A DNA stretch of 58,783 nt from Candidatus Saccharimonadota bacterium (GTDB lineage Bacteria; Patescibacteriota; Saccharimonadia; Saccharimonadales; JACDBH01), in NCBI GenBank assembly GCA_043743105.1, contig JAYTXD010000011.1, positions 26,001-84,783 on the forward strand, in the 5' to 3' direction. Position numbers and translations under genes: made by a program. Below the pieces are notes generated by a model. It searched no databases, was not told the origin of the DNA, and saw nothing but the letters and a program-made list of their open reading frames with translations. Shown piece by piece: positions 53,929 to 58,783 of this stretch; the stretch's first letter is position 1, and each line of letters starts with the position of its first letter.

Positions 53929-55188
53929 TTATACTGCAGAATCCTGCAATAGTTTTTTAAATTCGTCTGTCGACATAAGTTCGTTTTCTGTTGAAGTACG
54001 CTTTTTAACTTCAATTTTACCGAGCTCAAGTGTCTTATTACTCACGACAATTCGATATGGCATGCCCAGCAAATCGGCATCGGCAAATTTATCACCTGGG
54101 CGGGTATCGCGGTCGTCGTAGAGCACACTTATACCACTTGCCTGCAAATCTGCATACAGTTTGTCGGCAGCTTTTGTAACGGATCCGTCTTGGCCAAGTG
54201 GGGCTAAGTACACCTTGTATGGTGCAATATTTACTGGCCAAACTAGGCCTTTTTCGTCCCCCAATAGCTCTGTAATAACTCCTACGAGCCGTGATGGCCC
54301 AATTCCGTAACAACCCATGAGCACATTTTGATCAGTGTCATTTTCGTCAACAAATGTCAGACCGAGTGGCTTGGAGAATTTATCTTTAAGCGTAAATATG
54401 TTACCGACTTCACATGCTTTGACTTCTTCGAGGTCGGCCCTGTTCAGGCCAAGGTCTTGAAGTACCTCATCGGTATTGACCTCTTCGTTGATGGCGATCA
54501 TTTTTTTACGATCAAGATAAATCGTGTCCTCGCCCGCTTCACAGACTGTTTGGAACTCATGGCTGAATTGGCTAAACATACCACCGCTTGCGAATGTTAT
54601 GAATGTTTGATCGCCTATGCCGAGACGGCTATATACCTGGTGATATGCTTGTTTGATCTTTTCGTACAGCTCTTCGTGCTCGGCTTCTGTACGGGCGAAG
54701 CTATAGAGGTCTTTCATTAAGAACTCGCGGCCACGCATGACACCGCTCTTGGCACGGATTTCGTTGCGGAACTTTGTTTGAATCTGATATGCCAAAACAG
54801 GCAAATCTTTATACGAGTTTATGAACGGCTTAATAGCCCGTGTAATCGGCTCTTCGTGTGTTGGTGCAAGCCCTAATTCTGTTTCACTCTTTAATTTCGT
54901 CTTAAACCAGACATCTACTTTTTCATCGTCCCAACGGTCAGTTAACTTCCAAATTTCTGGGTCCTGAAGAGTTGTAAGCTTCATTTCTTGGCCACCAATT
55001 GCGTCCATTTCCTCTCGAATAACCTGGCTGATGTTTTCTAATACTTTAAGACCAAGTGGCAAAAAGGTGTATGCGCCAGCCATTTCTTTGTGTACATAAC
55101 CTGCGCGGATGAGCAACTGCGCGTTTTTGCTGACTTCGTCCGCAGGAGCTTCTTTTTTAGTTTTGGTGAAAAGTTGTGAAACTCTCAT
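53929..55188 (-). CDS. proS: Proline--tRNA ligase (short bacterial type, no large editing insertion)
   Basis: 419-aa ORF with the N-terminus MRVSQLFTKTKKEAPADEVSKNAQLLIRAGY, class II motifs and a C-terminal anticodon-binding domain. Confidence 0.9.
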   Translation of the reverse strand: MRVSQLFTKTKKEAPADEVSKNAQLLIRAGYVHKEMAGAYTFLPLGLKVLENISQVIREEMDAIGGQEMKLTTLQDPEIWKLTDRWDDEKVDVWFKTKLKSETELGLAPTHEEPITRAIKPFINSYKDLPVLAYQIQTKFRNEIRAKSGVMRGREFLMKDLYSFARTEAEHEELYEKIKQAYHQVYSRLGIGDQTFITFASGGMFSQFSHEFQTVCEAGEDTIYLDRKKMIAINEEVNTDEVLQDLGLNRADLEEVKACEVGNIFTLKDKFSKPLGLTFVDENDTDQNVLMGCYGIGPSRLVGVITELLGDEKGLVWPVNIAPYKVYLAPLGQDGSVTKAADKLYADLQASGISVLYDDRDTRPGDKFADADLLGMPYRIVVSNKTLELGKIEVKKRTSTENELMSTDEFKKLLQDSAV

Positions 55189-55344
55189 AATATGTCCCGT
55201 TTCTCTCTGTTAATCTAATGATTTTTGCAATATGTGAAAGGTACGTGAAAGGTTATAGATACCGCACGGGAGGCATACGAAAAGAAAGCACCTTTAAAAT
55301 AATCATATGGCTATTGTACCCTGCTAGCCCCACTCTGTAAAACT

Positions 55345-56184
55345 CTAAAACCTGGCGTGGAAGAGTGCAAGGAACGCCACGCCATTTTTGAGCGCATGCA
55401 AGAAAATGCCCGGCCACAAGCTGCTCGTTTTTTCACGTAAGACACAAAGTACTACCGACAAAGTAAAGGTATCGAGCGCAGCCACCCATAGCAGTGGCGC
55501 TCCATTGCCAAACTGTAGATGTGCGATGCCAAACAATATGCTGGTTAATATAATTGCGTAACGGGTACGTAACTTACGGCGTAAGCTTGTAAACAAATAA
55601 CCGCGGAACATGATTTCCTCAGCTATAGGCGGCAAAATAACCAATGAAGCAAAAACATAATACAGTTGCCTGCCACTCGCACTGTTAAAGCCTATCTTTT
55701 GCTCTTGGGTGATGTTAATAAGGCTACTAAAGTGCCCGGCAATGACAATAATAATGTAATAACAGACAAAATACACAACATAGCCACTGAGCGCATATGC
55801 AATGTCCGTGAGCGCTGGCCGCACGAGTCCGATTTTTTCTTTGGTAACACGCGCTCGCTTCAATAGCCATAACACCAACCACACAGCAAATACTTCGGCT
55901 AGCATTATGTATAAAAACTGGGCTATAACAGAATTGGCAAGCCAGTCAGAGCCTTGGTCGGCAGTCCAGTTTTTAAGCGCCGGATAAATGGCTATTAAAA
56001 TGCCCGCCCCTATTTGGCTCGCAAAAAAAACAATAATTATAAATATGGCACTAGTGAGCGGGTCGTGTTTATAAAAAGGCCGTTTGCTTTTTTTGTCTAA
56101 GGGTTGTTCGGCAAAACCTGGTTTTACCTTTTTTATTGGCTTAGGCTCTTTGGCTGAGCTCATGTTAAAACTTTTCTTAAACAT
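55345..56184 (-). CDS. CPBP-family intramembrane glutamic endopeptidase (CAAX protease-like)
   Basis: 279-aa multi-TM ORF with the motifs EEIMFRG and FGIAHL. TATACT lies 6 nt upstream of the ATG. Confidence 0.8.
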   Translation of the reverse strand: MFKKSFNMSSAKEPKPIKKVKPGFAEQPLDKKSKRPFYKHDPLTSAIFIIIVFFASQIGAGILIAIYPALKNWTADQGSDWLANSVIAQFLYIMLAEVFAVWLVLWLLKRARVTKEKIGLVRPALTDIAYALSGYVVYFVCYYIIIVIAGHFSSLINITQEQKIGFNSASGRQLYYVFASLVILPPIAEEIMFRGYLFTSLRRKLRTRYAIILTSILFGIAHLQFGNGAPLLWVAALDTFTLSVVLCVLREKTSSLWPGIFLHALKNGVAFLALFHARF

Positions 56185-56190
56185 CTAAAT

Positions 56191-56196
56191 AGTATA
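56191..56196 (-). promoter_or_regulatory. -10 box TATACT 6 nt upstream of the CPBP protease ATG (leaderless-type)
   Basis: The minus strand reads GGTATACT-ATTTAG-ATG. Confidence 0.45.
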
Positions 56197-56214
56197 CCTC
56201 ACCTTTGCATGAGG

Positions 56215-57360
56215 CTAGAAAAACCTTCTGATGTCCACGACTGTTATGACTACAAACAAAAGCATCAGTACCGCAAAACCCGTGCCATGGATCCGTTCTT
56301 CGGTTTTTTGTCTGAGTTCTTTGCGGCGGGCGCGGTAGAGTAGCATCACAAACAAACGGCCGCCATCGAGCGCTGGGATCGGCAGGACGTTCATGATTGC
56401 GAGTGTGAGCGACAAGATTGCAATCACAAACACCACAAGTCCAAAGCCTTGCTTGGATATCTGATAGAGCACCGTGAAGATTCCAACTGGCCCCGAGACT
56501 TGGCTGCCTGCCTGCTCTTGACCGGCCTGGCGGGCTATCTTATTACCGGTAAAGAAACCAGCTGTCAGAGATCCAAGACCCTTGACGGCTTTGCCTAGAC
56601 CCTGAAACGTAGCCACCGTGAAGTCTTTCATGACACCAACAGATACGACTGGTGCTGACCATGTTGAGCGACGGATCTGCATACCACTTTCGGCCGAGTA
56701 CGGTGCTACACCGAGGTGTGGCGAGGTAGTATTAAGCTTGATGTCTTTAGTAGCTAGCGCATTCCCGCGCTTGGTTACAACCGCTACCGTCTTGCCCGAT
56801 TCTTGGTTAGTGGTAGTGCTCAACGTTGCAGGTTTATCAATTTTGACGCCGTTGATTGAAACTATCTGGTCGTCGGCCTTAAGACCAGCAACCGCTGCAG
56901 GTGAATCTTTAACAATATAGTCAATTTTTACAACACCTTTGTTATCGACTTCTTTGACAATCTTTGTATCACTTGCCACCGTAAACTGTTTATCTAACAG
57001 CTTTGGCATGCCACTAAGCGCCACCAGCGTAAACAATACAAAGGCTGCAATAAGGTTCATGACAACACCGGCCATCATGATTTTTGACTTTGCCCAGGTT
57101 GTTGCGGCGCCAAAGGTGCCTTTTTCGGTGTCGTTATCATGCTCGCCTTTGAGCTTTACAAAGCCGCCAAGTGGCAACCAGTTTAAAGAGTAGGTCGTGC
57201 CCTTACGCCTTGCGAGGATCTTAGCACGCGGTGGAAAACCAAGGCCAAATTCTTCGACTTCAACGCCATTACGACGCGCCAATATAAAGTGTCCAAATTC
57301 ATGAAATATAACTAGGCCAATAAACATGAGGAGGCCGATAATAAAATACAGTAATGCCAT
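56215..57360 (-). CDS. rseP: Site-2 protease RseP/M50 family with PDZ domain
   Basis: HEFGHF zinc motif, a PDZ domain (SPAAVAGLKADDQIVSING) and NVLPIPALDGG. I start it at MALLYFII (ATG 57358-57360, TATACT 9 nt upstream) rather than at 57399. Confidence 0.85.
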   Translation of the reverse strand: MALLYFIIGLLMFIGLVIFHEFGHFILARRNGVEVEEFGLGFPPRAKILARRKGTTYSLNWLPLGGFVKLKGEHDNDTEKGTFGAATTWAKSKIMMAGVVMNLIAAFVLFTLVALSGMPKLLDKQFTVASDTKIVKEVDNKGVVKIDYIVKDSPAAVAGLKADDQIVSINGVKIDKPATLSTTTNQESGKTVAVVTKRGNALATKDIKLNTTSPHLGVAPYSAESGMQIRRSTWSAPVVSVGVMKDFTVATFQGLGKAVKGLGSLTAGFFTGNKIARQAGQEQAGSQVSGPVGIFTVLYQISKQGFGLVVFVIAILSLTLAIMNVLPIPALDGGRLFVMLLYRARRKELRQKTEERIHGTGFAVLMLLFVVITVVDIRRFF

Positions 57361-57543
57361 GTAGATCCTAGTATAAAGGTTAACAGTGGCTGGTGCCAAT
57401 CCTTTGAATAAAAAAGACCCTGACGGCTTCGTACGATAGCTTAAAATTGCTGTTCTTCCGAGCAGAACAATTGAGCCGTACTAAAGTACTGTGAGATTGA
57501 GCTGTCGAAGGAAAACAGTAATTTTGGGCATTGTACGCAGCCG

Positions 57544-58107
57544 TCAGACCTTCATGACTTCGGCTTCTTTAGTCGACGTCATTGCTTCAACGCGGGCCTT
57601 TTGCTTGTTCATCATGTCCTCAATCTGGTTGCTGAGGCGCTTTGCTTCGTCTTCACTTACGGCTTTATCTTTTTTAGCCGCGTCTATGCCGTCCATCGCG
57701 TCGTGGCGGACACCACGCATCGTTATCATACATTCCTCTACTTTACCGCCCAGTTGCTTTGCGATTTCTTTACGACGCTCTTCGGTAAGAGCTGGGATTG
57801 GCACGCGTACAACACGGCCGTCGTCACTTGGATTAAGCCCCAAGGATGGATTATCGCGGATTGCAGCTGCAATAGCCTGGATGTTGCCAGGGTCAAAAGG
57901 AGTAATTTGGAGCAGCTGGGCTTCGGGAGCCGTTACGTTTCCAACCTGAATAATAGGCATTGGGGTGCCGTATGCCATTACAACAACACTGTCAAGCATG
58001 CCAGGGTGTGCGCGGCCGGTACGGATCTTTTTCATTTCATCTTCAAAGTGCTCTACGGCTTTTTTAAATCTTGCCTCTGATTCGCTGATAATTTGTGATG
58101 GTTGCAT
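57544..58107 (-). CDS. frr: Ribosome recycling factor
   Basis: Typical RRF sequence (FKKAVEHFEDEMKKIRTGRAHPGMLD...). I start it at MQPSQII (ATG 58105-58107), which is preceded by GAGGAG 4 nt upstream. Confidence 0.9.
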   Translation of the reverse strand: MQPSQIISESEARFKKAVEHFEDEMKKIRTGRAHPGMLDSVVVMAYGTPMPIIQVGNVTAPEAQLLQITPFDPGNIQAIAAAIRDNPSLGLNPSDDGRVVRVPIPALTEERRKEIAKQLGGKVEECMITMRGVRHDAMDGIDAAKKDKAVSEDEAKRLSNQIEDMMNKQKARVEAMTSTKEAEVMKV

Positions 58108-58187
58108 AAAACTCCTCTTATGTACCATGCTAGTATACAACTTCTACACAGTGTTTAAAAATCACGGTAGGTTTGATCATCACGCTT

Positions 58188-58295
58188 GCCGGCAAACAAA
58201 ATATCAGATGAATCAGAACCAGTTGGCTGAAAAATAATCCTGTAGTTATAGCCAGTCAGGCGCGGTCAAAAAGACATGTTTTGATTTGGAATGGC
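58188..58295. repeat. Repeat family 2, partial copy
   Basis: 58241-58287 (TGTAGTTATAGCCAGTCAGGCGCGGTCAAAAAGACATGTTTTGATTT) matches 42279-42325 with two mismatches. A degenerate left arm CCGGCAAACAAAATAT lies at about 58189-58204. Confidence 0.7.
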
Positions 58296-58304
58296 TTGAT
58301 GTAT

Positions 58305-58783
58305 TTAGGCGACTTCGCCGAGGGCGATGCGTGAAAATTTGCGGACAAGGACATTTTCGCCAAGGCGTGCACCGTGCTCTTTGACTAATTGCCCAACGGT
58401 AATGTCTGGGTTCTTAACAAATGGCTGCTCCAAGAGACACTTTTCGGCAAAGTACTTCTTAAGCATGCCGGCAACAATGTTTTCAATCATGTTGTCGGGC
58501 TTGCCATCAGCCTTAGCTTTTTCAGTGAACTCTTTTTTGGCAGCTTCTTGGACGTCGGCTGGAATCGCGTCCATAGACACAAATTCTGGGTTGCTGGCAG
58601 CAATGTGCATTGCAACGTCCTTAACAAGGTCGGTAAAGATTTCGTTGCGGGCCACAAAGTCGGTTTCGCAGTTGATCTCGACCAAAACGCCAATACGGCC
58701 GTCGTGGTTGTAGGTCCCGACAAGTCCGGCGCGGGCTTCGCGCTCGCCGCGCTTGTCGGCCTTGGTCATACCTTTTTTGCGCA
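58305..58783 (-). CDS. tsf: Elongation factor Ts (3' part; N-terminus lies beyond the right edge)
   Basis: The reading frame is open to the window edge. EINCETDFVARNEIF and HIAASNPEFV are typical of EF-Ts. Confidence 0.9.
   Translation of the reverse strand, partial: RKKGMTKADKRGEREARAGLVGTYNHDGRIGVLVEINCETDFVARNEIFTDLVKDVAMHIAASNPEFVSMDAIPADVQEAAKKEFTEKAKADGKPDNMIENIVAGMLKKYFAEKCLLEQPFVKNPDITVGQLVKEHGARLGENVLVRKFSRIALGEVA

Noticed and set aside
57491-58080. Two plus-strand ORFs (152 and 159 aa) opposite frr
   Set aside because: frr is unambiguous on the minus strand. Both plus-strand ORFs are antisense shadows without motifs or translation signals.

Overview
The window is a compact, about 90% coding bacterial chromosome segment. 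About 55 of 61 genes lie on the minus strand, many with 1-8 nt overlaps. TGA is used as a stop (ftsI ends in TGA), so the standard bacterial code applies. I found no rRNA, tRNA, CRISPR array, transposase or integrase.

Content is mostly housekeeping, in recognisable but eroded monoderm-type synteny:
- a reduced dcw cluster (mraZ-rsmH-ftsL-ftsI-mraY, no mur genes between ftsI and mraY);
- hpf-secA-(M16 peptidase)-prfB-(surface protein)-ftsE-ftsX-(PcsB-like CHAP hydrolase)-ctp-pyrG;
- tsf-frr-rseP-(CPBP protease)-proS-greA-lysS, lacking pyrH, uppS, cdsA and dxr;
- also glyQS, serS, recO, xseAB, rpmA, rnhA, msrA, rsmE and two ABC systems.

The reduced gene order, many small hypothetical membrane or secreted proteins and a SipW/TasA pair suggest a small-genome bacterium such as Patescibacteria/CPR, possibly Saccharibacteria. 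That placement is inference only.

The most interesting items are:
1. A DUF4868/KwaB-like protein plus a 7-TM partner heading a translationally coupled operon, which may be a Kiwa-like variant.
2. A degenerate histidine-kinase-like protein and a receiver with Asp-to-Glu at the phospho-acceptor site, coupled to recO.
3. An FHA-transglutaminase fusion next to a Pro/Gln-rich receiver.
4. A strongly GC3-rich methyltransferase-rpmA unit on the opposite strand.
5. Two dispersed palindromic intergenic repeat families and several unusually long perfect hairpins.
6. Four GTGGGTA boxes with helical phasing upstream of mraZ.
7. A recurrent TATACT-type -10 box 6-10 nt before start codons, suggesting widespread leaderless mRNAs.
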